Shown in pieces: positions 9,334 through 19,666 of a stretch of 64,000 nucleotides of DNA. Every line of letters begins with the position of its first letter. Positions within the stretch are counted from its first letter, which is position 1. Both the position numbers and the translations under genes were made by a program. The notes beneath the pieces were generated by a model. The model was not told the DNA's origin. It made no database searches and worked only from the letters and a program-made list of their open reading frames with translations. Source of the stretch: an uncultured Gammaproteobacteria bacterium (GTDB lineage Bacteria > Patescibacteriota > Patescibacteriia > S139-126); the NCBI GenBank assembly GCA_964540695.1, contig CAZINS010000001.1, positions 156,826 to 220,825 on the forward strand, written 5' to 3'.

Positions 9334-10623
9334 ATGCATTTAATTGATTTTGATTTAAATATCAATGAGATTACCAAAGTTGAAGGTTCGGCTGGACTGG
9401 ATGTTAAAGTGACCAATGGTAAGGTTGAGTATGTTAAATTTAAAGTTCAAGACTACAAAAGATTTTATACTCAAGCTATTCAAGGAAAGCCGATTGCGGC
9501 TGTACCACAACTATTATCTCGTATTTGTGGTACTTGTAGTATTGCTCATTTGATTGCCAGTATTGAAGCGGTGGAAAAAACTTTACAATATAAACCAAGT
9601 GAACAAACAAAAATTTTACGTGCTCTCACCTATCACGGACTAATTATCAGAGATCACGCTTTACATCTTTATGTTTTTGTCTTACCAGATTTATTTAATA
9701 AAGATTCTTTGCTTGATTTTGATGAAACAGACAAGATTCAACACCAACTACTTCATGATACTTTTGCGGTAAAAAGTGCTGGTAACAATTTAGCTAAATA
9801 TACTGCGGGACGCAGTGTCCATGCACCCTTCCCTGTTCCTGGTGGCTTTTTAAAAATACCTGACAATGCAGGTAAACAAGCTATCATCGAAGAAATGGAA
9901 AAAGTTAGACCAGCAGTTTTACGGCTGATTGAATTATTTTTAAATTCAACTGATTCCTTAATTAGGCCAACCAACTACGCGGCTTTAAAAAATGATGATT
10001 ATTCATATCTTGAAGGTAAACTCTGTGATATGAACGGCGTTATTGCTGAAGAAGCGGAATTTCGCAATCATCTTGAACACGTAGTATTGCCTTATTCTCA
10101 AGCCTCAGCCTATACTTTTGCCGGGCAACCATATCGAGTCGGTGCCTTGGCTAGAATAAATCTCAACCAACAGGCACTAAATGAAAGAACAAAAAAAGAT
10201 TGTACTCAAGCTTTAAAAATTTTCCCCTCACACAACGCTTATCATAATAATTTGGCCCAAGCCATTGAAATTCTTCACTCAATTGATGATACAATCACTA
10301 TACTAAAAAATAATGAATTCAAACCAGAAAAACCTGATAAACTTGACTTGCGTGCTGCCACTGGAGTGGGTGTAGTCGAAGCACCTAGAGGAACCCTGTA
10401 CCATAAACTTGAAATAGATGACAAAGGTATAGTTACCAAAGGTGAAGTAATAGTGCCAACGGGTCAAAATCAAATCACGATTGAACTTGATATTGCCGAG
10501 TATATACAAAAAAATTTAAACATGCCAAAAAAAGAGCTGGCTTTAGCTTGTGAAAAAATAATTCGCGCTTACGATCCCTGTATGAGTTGTGCTTCACACT
10601 TTTTGGAAGTTAACTGGCTATAA
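9334..10623 (+). CDS. [NiFe]-hydrogenase large subunit, group 3b-like
   Basis: ITKVEG, L1 RICGTCSIAH, VEAPRGTLYH, L2 RAYDPCMSCASH with a short C-terminal extension FLEVNWL. Confidence 0.92.
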   Translation: MHLIDFDLNINEITKVEGSAGLDVKVTNGKVEYVKFKVQDYKRFYTQAIQGKPIAAVPQLLSRICGTCSIAHLIASIEAVEKTLQYKPSEQTKILRALTYHGLIIRDHALHLYVFVLPDLFNKDSLLDFDETDKIQHQLLHDTFAVKSAGNNLAKYTAGRSVHAPFPVPGGFLKIPDNAGKQAIIEEMEKVRPAVLRLIELFLNSTDSLIRPTNYAALKNDDYSYLEGKLCDMNGVIAEEAEFRNHLEHVVLPYSQASAYTFAGQPYRVGALARINLNQQALNERTKKDCTQALKIFPSHNAYHNNLAQAIEILHSIDDTITILKNNEFKPEKPDKLDLRAATGVGVVEAPRGTLYHKLEIDDKGIVTKGEVIVPTGQNQITIELDIAEYIQKNLNMPKKELALACEKIIRAYDPCMSCASHFLEVNWL

Positions 10624-10984
10624 TTTCCGCCACTTGCCGGGCAATTTTTTCCACTTCTCCTTGTGGTGGTACACCAACTATCTTGATAGTAATATCAGGA
10701 TATATTTTTTTTATTAGCTTTAATTCAGTTGCTAAATCATAATCATGTAAACTTACCCGTTTAGTATCTTTAATTTGATCTAAGTCAGAAATCAATTTAA
10801 CCACAGAAAAATTTCTTACTACATCGATAATCCACCAAATTGACTCACCTAGAGGTATAATTTGTTCTTGGGGATCCTGATGGATAAACTCAGCATGGGG
10901 CAAAAGCTTTTGTAAATGTGGCACTAAACGAAAAGCTAACGAATCTTGAGGTAGATTTGGGTTACCAAATACGGAAATTTTCAT
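10610..10984 (-). CDS. Hydrogenase maturation protease-like protein (HycI/HybD fold), short
   Basis: FGNPNLPQDS, WIIDVV and SLHD resemble the GN.L..DD, iiDA and S.H motifs; context supports it. Confidence 0.7.
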   Translation of the reverse strand: MKISVFGNPNLPQDSLAFRLVPHLQKLLPHAEFIHQDPQEQIIPLGESIWWIIDVVRNFSVVKLISDLDQIKDTKRVSLHDYDLATELKLIKKIYPDITIKIVGVPPQGEVEKIARQVAEIIAS

Positions 10985-11742
10985 TTTTGAAATTTAATTT
11001 TTCCTTGCTGAATGTCTTGAGGTTTTTTGATTGATTTAACTTTTTGGGGATGTAAAATATTATCCACTACATTTTGCTTAAAAATATTTTGATTTGTAAA
11101 ATCAATAATAATTTTTTTTCTAATTGTTTCTTTCTGCCACCCCACAGTATAAATATTATTGATCTGTTGTTTATAAATAATACTAGCTAGCTTATCTGAT
11201 TTATAATCAGTTGCGACCACTACCCCAAAATGGTGATACCCAAAATCATTTTCTGAAATTTTTAAAGATGATGGAATTAAAACTTTTTTAAAAACTATCT
11301 TTCCCCAAGGCAACCTACTTTCCAGGTCAGCAAATTTTTGTTGAGAAAAAAAATAAATTTTCTTAACTTGCGAAAAATTTAATAAATGAGCTAGGGCGTA
11401 AAAAGGATTATTTTTTGTAGCAATATTATTATTATGAATGTCAGTAGCATGATCTAAAGCAAAACACTGAAGAATATCAGCTTGAGTTAAGTGGAGTATA
11501 TTTTTTTGCTGAGCATATTTTGCTAAAGTAGCCGGTGCTGCGGTAATAATATGCTGACCTATATCTGAAAGTTTCAAAATTTTGCCAGGTAAACTAAATA
11601 AATCAATATCAGCTCGGCAATCTGGATTTAAAAATAAATAACTAATTAACCGTAAAGCTTCGCGGTCAAGGGTAATTTTATGATAATGAGGGAAAGTATT
11701 TTGCCTAACTTTTTGTAAAATATCAACTATGTTCGTTGGCAT
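10981..11742 (-). CDS. Hypothetical hydrogenase-associated protein
   Basis: In an operon with hypC and the protease; segment LKISENDFGYHHFGVVV resembles a HypC-type GD.V.vH.G strand. Confidence 0.6.
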   Translation of the reverse strand: MPTNIVDILQKVRQNTFPHYHKITLDREALRLISYLFLNPDCRADIDLFSLPGKILKLSDIGQHIITAAPATLAKYAQQKNILHLTQADILQCFALDHATDIHNNNIATKNNPFYALAHLLNFSQVKKIYFFSQQKFADLESRLPWGKIVFKKVLIPSSLKISENDFGYHHFGVVVATDYKSDKLASIIYKQQINNIYTVGWQKETIRKKIIIDFTNQNIFKQNVVDNILHPQKVKSIKKPQDIQQGKIKFQK

Positions 11743-12625
11743 GTTTTTGCTGACCTAAATATTTACTACTAATCAAATAACCACTAGCAAAAATAATTAT
11801 TAAACCTATCATTTGTCCAATACCTAAAGCGGTACGAAAAAAACTAAAATTTAATAAAGCAGTAATTGGCACTGCTATGGTTAAAATAGTAGTCGCCGTA
11901 AAAGCTGGTATAAGTTTTAAACCTTGATAAAAAGTATAAACATAACCAAATAACAGTAGTGAGGTAATTATTACCCAACGCCATTCAATAAAACCAAAAC
12001 TGGTTAATTGTGCATATCCACCTTGCCAAACTAAATAAAACCAAATTAATGCCCCACCCAACAACATACGCGCTAAAGCAACAATATTGGCTGGCAAATC
12101 TTTTAATAATTTTTTGGATATTATTATTTCTACCGACCAAAATAAAGTGGCTATTAAAATTAAAACATCACCATAATTTAAAGAAAACGATTTCATTTTT
12201 AAAAATAAAACTAAACCAAGCATCATAAATACTAAAGAAAGAATATATTTTTTTGATAATTTTTCTTTAAGAAATATAATCCCTAAAAACGCAACATACA
12301 AAAATAAAGTTTTATGAATAAACCCGGCATTTAAACTACTGGTCAACTTTAAACCATGAAAAAATAGTAAAAATGGAATACTGCCACCAAATAAACCTAC
12401 TAACAATAACTTTGGCCATTGCCGTTTGGTAATATTTTTAAATGACAACCATTCTTTAGTAATAACTATAAGAATAAAAAACATAACACCAACTAAAATG
12501 TTTTTTAAGCCAGTAAATAAAGTTGCGTCAATATTATTGACTCCATATTTATTTAAAAAGATGGAAAAACCACTAATTAGTGCGGTAGCAGTGACAAATA
12601 AAACTCCTTGATAATATTTTTGCAT
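11723..12625 (-). CDS. DMT/EamA family transporter
   Basis: About 10 TM helices in two EamA repeats (IIFLKEKLS, GDVLILIATLFWS). Confidence 0.9.
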   Translation of the reverse strand: MQKYYQGVLFVTATALISGFSIFLNKYGVNNIDATLFTGLKNILVGVMFFILIVITKEWLSFKNITKRQWPKLLLVGLFGGSIPFLLFFHGLKLTSSLNAGFIHKTLFLYVAFLGIIFLKEKLSKKYILSLVFMMLGLVLFLKMKSFSLNYGDVLILIATLFWSVEIIISKKLLKDLPANIVALARMLLGGALIWFYLVWQGGYAQLTSFGFIEWRWVIITSLLLFGYVYTFYQGLKLIPAFTATTILTIAVPITALLNFSFFRTALGIGQMIGLIIIFASGYLISSKYLGQQKHANEHS

Positions 12626-12630
12626 ATTAA

Positions 12631-12813
12631 TTATTTATTATTATTTAATTGAGAAATAGGTACTTTTGCTACGGCAAATTTTTCAGCAATAAATAGCCAA
12701 TCATCTACTTGGCAATCTTCAGTCATTAAGCTTAAATCAACCCAATTACCATCTTCTAACTTAGCTCTATTCCCTTTAGTAGCTATGACTTTTTTTGGTA
12801 TTTGAAAACACAT
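12631..12813 (-). CDS. hypC: HypC/HupF family hydrogenase chaperone, divergent
   Basis: N-terminal MCFQIP (MCxxIP), VDLSL and QVDDWLFI..FAV. Confidence 0.75.
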   Translation of the reverse strand: MCFQIPKKVIATKGNRAKLEDGNWVDLSLMTEDCQVDDWLFIAEKFAVAKVPISQLNNNK

Positions 12814-12854
12814 AAAAATAATTTAAAAATCAAAAAGTATAGTATAAAATATTT

Positions 12855-15512
12855 TCAAATATACTGTTGGGCTTTTTTTACATTGATTTTTCCGCCCACA
12901 TCGAAAACAACAATATCACGTCGACTAATCTTACCTGATAATAAATACTTAGCCAAAGCATCATCAATTTGTTCTTGGATAACTCGTCGCATGGGACGTG
13001 CACCAAATAAAGGGTCAAAACCACTGACTGCTAATTCATCTAAAGCAGCTGGAGTTATTTCCAAATGAATACCTTTTTGCAACAAACGTTGTTGCGATTT
13101 TTTTATCATCAATTTAGCAATGGCTGTAATATGCTCTTGAGTAAGTGGTGTAAAAACAACAATATTATCAAAACGATTTAAAAATTCTGGCCTAAATACC
13201 TCTTTTAACTTTTCTACCAATAACATTTCTTTAATAGCTGCTACTTGAGTACCGGCTCTTAATTGATCTTGAATAAACTGCGAACCAGCATTAGAAGTAG
13301 CAATAATTATTACATTGGTAAAATCAACTACTTGACCAGACCAATCAGTCAACCGACCATCGTCCATTACTTGTAAAAATATATTTAAAATATCTGTATG
13401 AGCTTTTTCAATTTCATCAAGTAACAATACGGCAAAAGGATTTTGTTTTATCCCTTCTGTCAATAACCCTCCCTTAGGATTTTTTTCTGTACCAAGTAAA
13501 CGACCAATTGAATCCTTATTTTGATATTCAGACATATCAAGCCTAATTAAATCATCACTACTGCCAAAATAGGTCAAGGCTACTGTTTTTGCTAATTCTG
13601 TTTTACCCACGCCAGTAGGCCCTAAAAATAACAAATTAACAATTGGTCTTTTTTCATCTCTCAACTCAGTCCGTGCCCGCCTTAAAGCAGAAGCTACGGC
13701 ATTTACTGCTTCTGACTGATTAATAATATATTGATGAATCTCTTCTTCTAAATTCAACAGTTTGCTTGACTCATCTTGAGTTATCTTAGTTAATGGTATA
13801 TTTATTTTTTGTGATACTAAGCTGGCTACATCTTCACTGGTAATTAAACTTTTTTCTCCTTTTTGTTTTAGAATATAAACCGCCACTTCCTCTAAAATTT
13901 TAATGGCTTTTTCTGGTAAATAATAATCGTGCATAAATCGATTGGACAACTCAATTGCTTTATTAAGTGCCCCTAGCGAAAAAAAGACTTTATATTTATA
14001 TTCATAATAATTTACCTTGGCAATCAATACAGCCATGGTTTGATCTTTGTTAGTTTCATTTATTTCAATTTTTTGTAACTTACTTCCTAAAGCCTTACCC
14101 GCAATACTACTACGATAATCAGTTGGATTGGAAGTGGTCAAAACTAAAAATCTATCATCACCAATTAAATCAGCCATCACTTCAGATAAATCAAGTCCTT
14201 CACCGCCCTTGGTATTAATGCCATAGATATCATGAATATTTTCTATTACTAAAACCACATTACCAGCTCTAATCATTTCTTGATGAATCCGCAATATTCT
14301 TTCTTCCAACATACCAGGTGAATTAGCACCAGCCACCAATCTAGATAAAGACAAAGAAACTATACGTTTGTCTTTAAGATTATTTGGTACATCCTCTGTT
14401 ACCATTAACTGAGCAACTCCTTCCACAATCGTTGTTTTACCAACACCTGGAAAACCTACTAAAACTACACTATTACTACCAGCCTCAATCACCCGAAAAA
14501 TTTCTTCAATTTCATTTTCTCTCCCAACACAAATTTCTAAATTTCCGTATTTTGCCGCTAAAGTTAAATCATAACCAAATCTATCCAAATAAGGAGTAGC
14601 CACTGCAGTCATAGACTTATTCATTGAATTTTTTGGTTTATAACGTGATAATTTTCGTTGTCGTTGATAAGTTTCATACAACCTATCATTAACATTAATC
14701 CAATCAATTACTTGGTGTAATTGATCAGTGCTTATTGACATATCATTGAATAAATCTTGTACATTAAAATCACTCATCACTAAAGCATCTAAAATTTGAG
14801 CTACTCCAACCCATGATTGATGACCTTTGACTGCTAAGAAGTAACTTTTAAATAAAATATTATAAACTTTCTTACTTACTGTTGGTAAATTACTATTACT
14901 TGCCTGACTAGTCATAACATTTCTCACTCGTAAAAGCACATCGTCACGACTAACACCCAGTCTCGCTAGTACTCCAACTAATTTTTTACTTTCTAAAATT
15001 GAAAATAACAGTGCCCAACTATTGACTTCAGTTTGATTAAAATTTTTGGCTACTTGCCAAGATCTTTCTATCAATAACAAAGTATCTAATCGAAAACTAA
15101 TAGCTAAATCAACAGGTTGATTGTCCAATTTATCTAAAAATTTTTTATCGATTTGTTTTGATGTTAAAACTGACTGTTTATTTTTTATGGAAATTAATCG
15201 AAAAAATAAATAAGATAAAGACAACCAGGCCACCCAAAAAACAAATAATTCTTGACGAAAGAAAAAATCAATCGAAAATTGCCAATTATATTGCCAGAAT
15301 AAGATAAAAAAACGAGTTAAACCGTGTAACCAAATCAAACTCAATAAAATATTTAAAGTATAATTAAAATAATTGTTTATTTTACTCTGCCACACACCAC
15401 TTGCATCAATCCTTTTATTCCAATAAAAAACCATTGAACCAAAATGATAATGCGCTCTTTGTTCTGTCACTTCAACTTCTAAATTATTTAAATCTGGAAA
15501 ATTTAAACTCAT
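12855..15512 (-). CDS. Membrane-anchored Clp/Hsp100 AAA+ ATPase
   Basis: Two N-terminal hydrophobic segments, Clp-N repeats, GFPGVGKT, GPTGVGKTELAK, RLDMSEY, LLDEIEKAH, FRPEFLNR, GARPMRR. Confidence 0.9.
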   Translation of the reverse strand: MSLNFPDLNNLEVEVTEQRAHYHFGSMVFYWNKRIDASGVWQSKINNYFNYTLNILLSLIWLHGLTRFFILFWQYNWQFSIDFFFRQELFVFWVAWLSLSYLFFRLISIKNKQSVLTSKQIDKKFLDKLDNQPVDLAISFRLDTLLLIERSWQVAKNFNQTEVNSWALLFSILESKKLVGVLARLGVSRDDVLLRVRNVMTSQASNSNLPTVSKKVYNILFKSYFLAVKGHQSWVGVAQILDALVMSDFNVQDLFNDMSISTDQLHQVIDWINVNDRLYETYQRQRKLSRYKPKNSMNKSMTAVATPYLDRFGYDLTLAAKYGNLEICVGRENEIEEIFRVIEAGSNSVVLVGFPGVGKTTIVEGVAQLMVTEDVPNNLKDKRIVSLSLSRLVAGANSPGMLEERILRIHQEMIRAGNVVLVIENIHDIYGINTKGGEGLDLSEVMADLIGDDRFLVLTTSNPTDYRSSIAGKALGSKLQKIEINETNKDQTMAVLIAKVNYYEYKYKVFFSLGALNKAIELSNRFMHDYYLPEKAIKILEEVAVYILKQKGEKSLITSEDVASLVSQKINIPLTKITQDESSKLLNLEEEIHQYIINQSEAVNAVASALRRARTELRDEKRPIVNLLFLGPTGVGKTELAKTVALTYFGSSDDLIRLDMSEYQNKDSIGRLLGTEKNPKGGLLTEGIKQNPFAVLLLDEIEKAHTDILNIFLQVMDDGRLTDWSGQVVDFTNVIIIATSNAGSQFIQDQLRAGTQVAAIKEMLLVEKLKEVFRPEFLNRFDNIVVFTPLTQEHITAIAKLMIKKSQQRLLQKGIHLEITPAALDELAVSGFDPLFGARPMRRVIQEQIDDALAKYLLSGKISRRDIVVFDVGGKINVKKAQQYI

Positions 15513-15516
15513 AAAC

Positions 15517-15885
15517 TCATGTATAAAGCAATAAACGTATTAACATAAATAAAGTTATTGGAATGATACTAACCCAAAACACCAATCCTAGACTGAGCAC
15601 AAAAGCCCATAAAATAAAAAATATAAACCGCCAAAAAATTATTAAGGTACGGAAAAAAAATGACAATATTCTTCCTTGCCAATCTGTTTGAGCATACATG
15701 GGTTTGAACCAATTTTTTAATAAAATATCTAAGGCTTGGTTGTGCCAGGTGGTTTTAATACGCAATTTATATGAATTTAAAAAATCAACCAATCCACGTC
15801 CATACCACCAGATTGGCCAATAACCTAAATTGGCTGCCAAATCCCAAGTAAATAATTTAAAAGTATTAAAAAAAAGCTGTATCAT
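15517..15885 (-). CDS. Small membrane protein directly upstream of the Clp ATPase
   Basis: Hydrophobic ORF with PIWWY and WFKPMY...GRILSFFFR; 4 bp gap to the Clp start. Confidence 0.7.
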   Translation of the reverse strand: MIQLFFNTFKLFTWDLAANLGYWPIWWYGRGLVDFLNSYKLRIKTTWHNQALDILLKNWFKPMYAQTDWQGRILSFFFRTLIIFWRFIFFILWAFVLSLGLVFWVSIIPITLFMLIRLLLYT

Positions 15886-15923
15886 ACAGCCTTATTATAA
15901 CATTATATTAAATTTTTAAAAAA

Positions 15924-17051
15924 TCAGATTTTACTTAAAAAGATATGTTTCCTAATCTCAATCATTAATTGTAAATAAAATTCCAAATTATTTAATGTTG
16001 CCAAACGCAAAGCAGTTGGTTCGCCACTTCTAAATAAGTGATGTAAATAAGCTTTAGAAACAGACTTTAATTCTCTTGTTTTAGTGATGGGATTTAGTAG
16101 AGCTAAATCACGTCTATACTTTTTATTTTCAATATTAATAGTAGTATAAAAATCTTTCCTTTTTAAATTTTTATGTCGCCAAATATACAACCTACCATGT
16201 CGTGCTTCTCTAGTCGGAATTACGCAATCAAACATATCTACCCCTCTAATAACTGCTTCTAAAATATTGGTTGGCTTACCTACTCCCATCAAATATCTAG
16301 GTTTATTATTTGGTAAATAAGGTACAACTTCATCTAATACTTGATACATTTGTTTAGCGGTTTCACCAACTGCTAAACCGCCAATAGCGTAACCAGAAAA
16401 ATCTAGATTAACCAACTCCTTGGCACAATACTTTCTTAAATCAGAAAATACACTACCCTGGACAATACCAAAAACCAATGGCTTTTTTAAATGAGAGTGA
16501 TTTTTATCAAGCCACTGTTTTGCTTTTTTTGCCCAAGCTAAAGTAATCTTAACATCTGCTTTGGCTTGTTCGTAGGTAGCAGGATTGGCAGTACAAACAT
16601 CCAATACCATTTGTATGTCACTACCGATTATATTTTGTATTTGCAATGCTTTGACTGGACTTAAAAATTGACTACTACCATCAAGATGGGATTTAAAAAT
16701 TACTTTATTTTTTTCTATTTTTACTAAATTATTTTTTTGTTGTTTATTGCCAGCTAATGAAAAAATTTGATAACCACCGGAATCAGTCAAAATTGGTTTA
16801 TCCCAATTCATAAAATTATGTAAGCCTTTGCTTTGTTTTAATATTTTAATTCCAGGTCGTAAAAATAAATGATAAGTATTAGCCAGTAATATATCAGCTG
16901 ACAATTTATCTAAATCTTCACTAATTAATGTTTTAATCACCCCTTGAGTGGCAACTGGCATAAAAACAGGAGTTCTAATTTCCCCATGTTTAGCTTTAAT
17001 TAAACCTAATCGAGCTTGACTTTTTTTTGACTTCTTATAAAGTTTATACAT
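15924..17051 (-). CDS. tgt: tRNA-guanine transglycosylase
   Basis: TPVFMPVAT, NTYHL, TDSGGYQ, GIVQG, GGLAVGE, YLMGVG, DMFDCVIPTR. Confidence 0.96.
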   Translation of the reverse strand: MYKLYKKSKKSQARLGLIKAKHGEIRTPVFMPVATQGVIKTLISEDLDKLSADILLANTYHLFLRPGIKILKQSKGLHNFMNWDKPILTDSGGYQIFSLAGNKQQKNNLVKIEKNKVIFKSHLDGSSQFLSPVKALQIQNIIGSDIQMVLDVCTANPATYEQAKADVKITLAWAKKAKQWLDKNHSHLKKPLVFGIVQGSVFSDLRKYCAKELVNLDFSGYAIGGLAVGETAKQMYQVLDEVVPYLPNNKPRYLMGVGKPTNILEAVIRGVDMFDCVIPTREARHGRLYIWRHKNLKRKDFYTTINIENKKYRRDLALLNPITKTRELKSVSKAYLHHLFRSGEPTALRLATLNNLEFYLQLMIEIRKHIFLSKI

Positions 17052-17077
17052 CTTGTAAATTAAAAAAGGAATAAAAA

Positions 17078-17683
17078 ATGAATAAAATATTTATTGGCTT
17101 GCAAAACAGTTTAATGATATTCGACAAATTCTCGCAAAAAATATTTGGACCAATTTTAAGAAAATTTCCTACTTGGCTCACACCCAATCTCTTAAGCGGT
17201 TCGCGTATTATCTTACTTGGTTTAATTTTATATGTATATGTTCAATTAGAAAATATTTTTATTTATAACTGCTTAATTATTCTAGCTGGTTTAACTGATT
17301 ATTTTGACGGCTTATTGGCTCGAGTAAAAAATCTGGTGACTGATTTGGGAAAAATAATGGATCGCTCTATAGATAAAGTTTTTACTATACCTATTTTGAT
17401 ACTTTTCTTAAATTTTGAAAACTATTTTTCTTACTTAACCATTATTTATATAGTCGTCGATACTATTGCACTTATCAGTACACTACACGCTGCCTTATAT
17501 TTAAAAAAATTAACTCCAAGTAATGCTATCGGTAAAATAAAATTTATACTTATTTTTTTAGCCTTTTTATTTTACCCTTACAATAACTTCTATTTCGTCG
17601 AACTTTTTTTAATACTGCCCGCCACAATTATGGCTATTTGGTCACTACTAAATCACCAATGGCGCCAATCAACAACCGTTTAA
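17078..17683 (+). CDS. CDP-alcohol phosphatidyltransferase (PgsA-like)
   Basis: TPNLLS..R and TDYFDGLLAR...TDLGKIMD...DK signature. Confidence 0.88.
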   Translation: MNKIFIGLQNSLMIFDKFSQKIFGPILRKFPTWLTPNLLSGSRIILLGLILYVYVQLENIFIYNCLIILAGLTDYFDGLLARVKNLVTDLGKIMDRSIDKVFTIPILILFLNFENYFSYLTIIYIVVDTIALISTLHAALYLKKLTPSNAIGKIKFILIFLAFLFYPYNNFYFVELFLILPATIMAIWSLLNHQWRQSTTV

Positions 17684-17695
17684 TACGGTTGTTTT

Positions 17696-19666
17696 TTATT
17701 CCACTACTTGACCTTTATTGGTATCATACAAGGCACCATTTAAGTTTGTGTTCAAGGCGGGATGAATTATTTGACTTTCCTCTCCTTGTTTGGTTACTTT
17801 AATTGTTTGAGAATTTAATAAATTTTTAACCTTACCTATATCACTACTTTGTGGTAATAAACTTACGTAAAAACGGGCGGTTACCAGTCCATCGGCTTCA
17901 TTAAGAGAATCTATTTGCCATATTAATTGCCTGGTAGCGGAATTATAATTAAGAGTACCTTTTTCAACTACTTGATTATTCTCCCAATTTACATCAACTG
18001 GTAATGAAGCAATCATCTCTACTTTTTCATAACTATTCTTTGTTTGTAATGTAAGATCAATAGGAAAAACTGTTTTTTCTCCTACCTGCGGTGGCAAAGG
18101 ACCGGTGCCAACCGGAAAACCTTCTTCATCTCTATACCAGGCGTAATTAAATACTTTTAAGGGCGATATTATTTTGGCCGATTGTACTGGCGTAGAAAAA
18201 CTTAAATTTGTTTGTTCTTTTTCTCCAACCTGACCAACTATTGCCTGGGCATAGGTTCTAAAATTATTTGATAAATTAGCTAGGTCATTTTTAATATTAA
18301 ATTCGTAATCTATTTTCAATTCCTGACCATTAGACAATTTCTGTAAAGAACTTAAGTTATCACCAGTTAATAAAATTTGACCATCATTGGTAACTGTTGG
18401 AGTAACTACTGTTTTTAAAGTATTCCAATCAATCATATCATGATTAACTTGTAAAATAACTTGCAAATCTTTTAAATCAGAACCAGAAATATTTTGTAAA
18501 ATAACCTGATAATTCAATTTTTGACCTGGTGTAATTTCATTTAAAGTCAATTGATTATTAATTGTCATTTGTAAAGCTAATTCTTCACCCAATATTACTA
18601 TATTTTTATCAGTTTCTTGTAAAATTTTTACGTTTTCTTCGCCACTACTAATTTCTAATTTAAATTTTTCTAGACCCGTGGCACCTGCTGAAAATTTACC
18701 TTTAAAATTAAAATTAATTTCTTGATTATTCATAAAATTTCTAGCTGGCCAAACGTAAGCTTTGCCTTCAGGCAGATCGACTATCTCAGCAATTTCTGGT
18801 CTAGGATTGGTCATAATAAAATTATTACTGGTGATTAAACGTATCCTCACAGCTGATATTTCCTGACCACTGATATTACCTATTCGCCAGGCCATATCTT
18901 TTTCAACTTCAGGTAATATCGATTCTGGCAATTCCCAATTAATAGCAAACTGAGAATGACCTAGTTTTACCAAATAAACAAATGATTCAATAAAATCAGA
19001 ACTAAAATTAACAGGTTGATAGACTGCTTCAACTTTGAATTCCTTATCAGTATTCTCTTCTCCATAAAGTTGGGCGTTTATTTTTATTTCGCCGACTCCA
19101 CCCTTTGGTAATTCTCCTAACTGCCAGCTAGTATTTAATAAATTATCAGCCGCTGGTTCTGTTGACTTAAGTTTTAAACCATCCGGATAACGGACCGATA
19201 TGTTCAATTTTTTAAAATCAACTCGACTAGTATTTTTATAACTAATAACCCAAGTTCCTTCCTGTCCAATAGCAACTGCATCCGGGCCACTTAGAGTTAA
19301 TTCAATATCTTCACGATTAGTAGGAGCACCACCAAAACGAAAAGCACTAAATAACAAAGTAGCTGAAGCTAACAATAAGAACCCAACTACCAACCAAAAA
19401 ACTCCATTCTTTACTTTTTTCTTAGTATGTTGTCTTGGGGATGAATGATATTTACTTTTTTTGTAGTGATTAGGTTTATTCATATTTAAATCATTTTTTA
19501 TTGTAGATTCTTTTTCTTCTAATTTCTCTTTTTCTAAATACATTTCTTCTATAGCAGAAATTAATTCAACCTGAGGTGATTGATCAACCACTGGATGTGG
19601 TTTAGCTTTTGTTTTTTGACGGCGTGATTTTTTTTTACTTAACTCTCGCCAAGACTTTATTTCCAT
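17696..19666 (-). CDS. Large single-pass membrane protein with predicted beta-sandwich (DUF11/Ig-like) exterior
   Basis: Basic N-terminus, one TM, repeated Y.N/L.V.YP.G beta-rich segments, GPLPPQVGEKT. Confidence 0.6.
   Translation of the reverse strand: MEIKSWRELSKKKSRRQKTKAKPHPVVDQSPQVELISAIEEMYLEKEKLEEKESTIKNDLNMNKPNHYKKSKYHSSPRQHTKKKVKNGVFWLVVGFLLLASATLLFSAFRFGGAPTNREDIELTLSGPDAVAIGQEGTWVISYKNTSRVDFKKLNISVRYPDGLKLKSTEPAADNLLNTSWQLGELPKGGVGEIKINAQLYGEENTDKEFKVEAVYQPVNFSSDFIESFVYLVKLGHSQFAINWELPESILPEVEKDMAWRIGNISGQEISAVRIRLITSNNFIMTNPRPEIAEIVDLPEGKAYVWPARNFMNNQEINFNFKGKFSAGATGLEKFKLEISSGEENVKILQETDKNIVILGEELALQMTINNQLTLNEITPGQKLNYQVILQNISGSDLKDLQVILQVNHDMIDWNTLKTVVTPTVTNDGQILLTGDNLSSLQKLSNGQELKIDYEFNIKNDLANLSNNFRTYAQAIVGQVGEKEQTNLSFSTPVQSAKIISPLKVFNYAWYRDEEGFPVGTGPLPPQVGEKTVFPIDLTLQTKNSYEKVEMIASLPVDVNWENNQVVEKGTLNYNSATRQLIWQIDSLNEADGLVTARFYVSLLPQSSDIGKVKNLLNSQTIKVTKQGEESQIIHPALNTNLNGALYDTNKGQVVE

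Noticed and set aside
17051-17078. Only 26 bp between divergent tgt and the pgsA-like gene
   Set aside because: Promoters must overlap coding sequence, but I could not identify them convincingly, and compact spacing is normal in reduced genomes.
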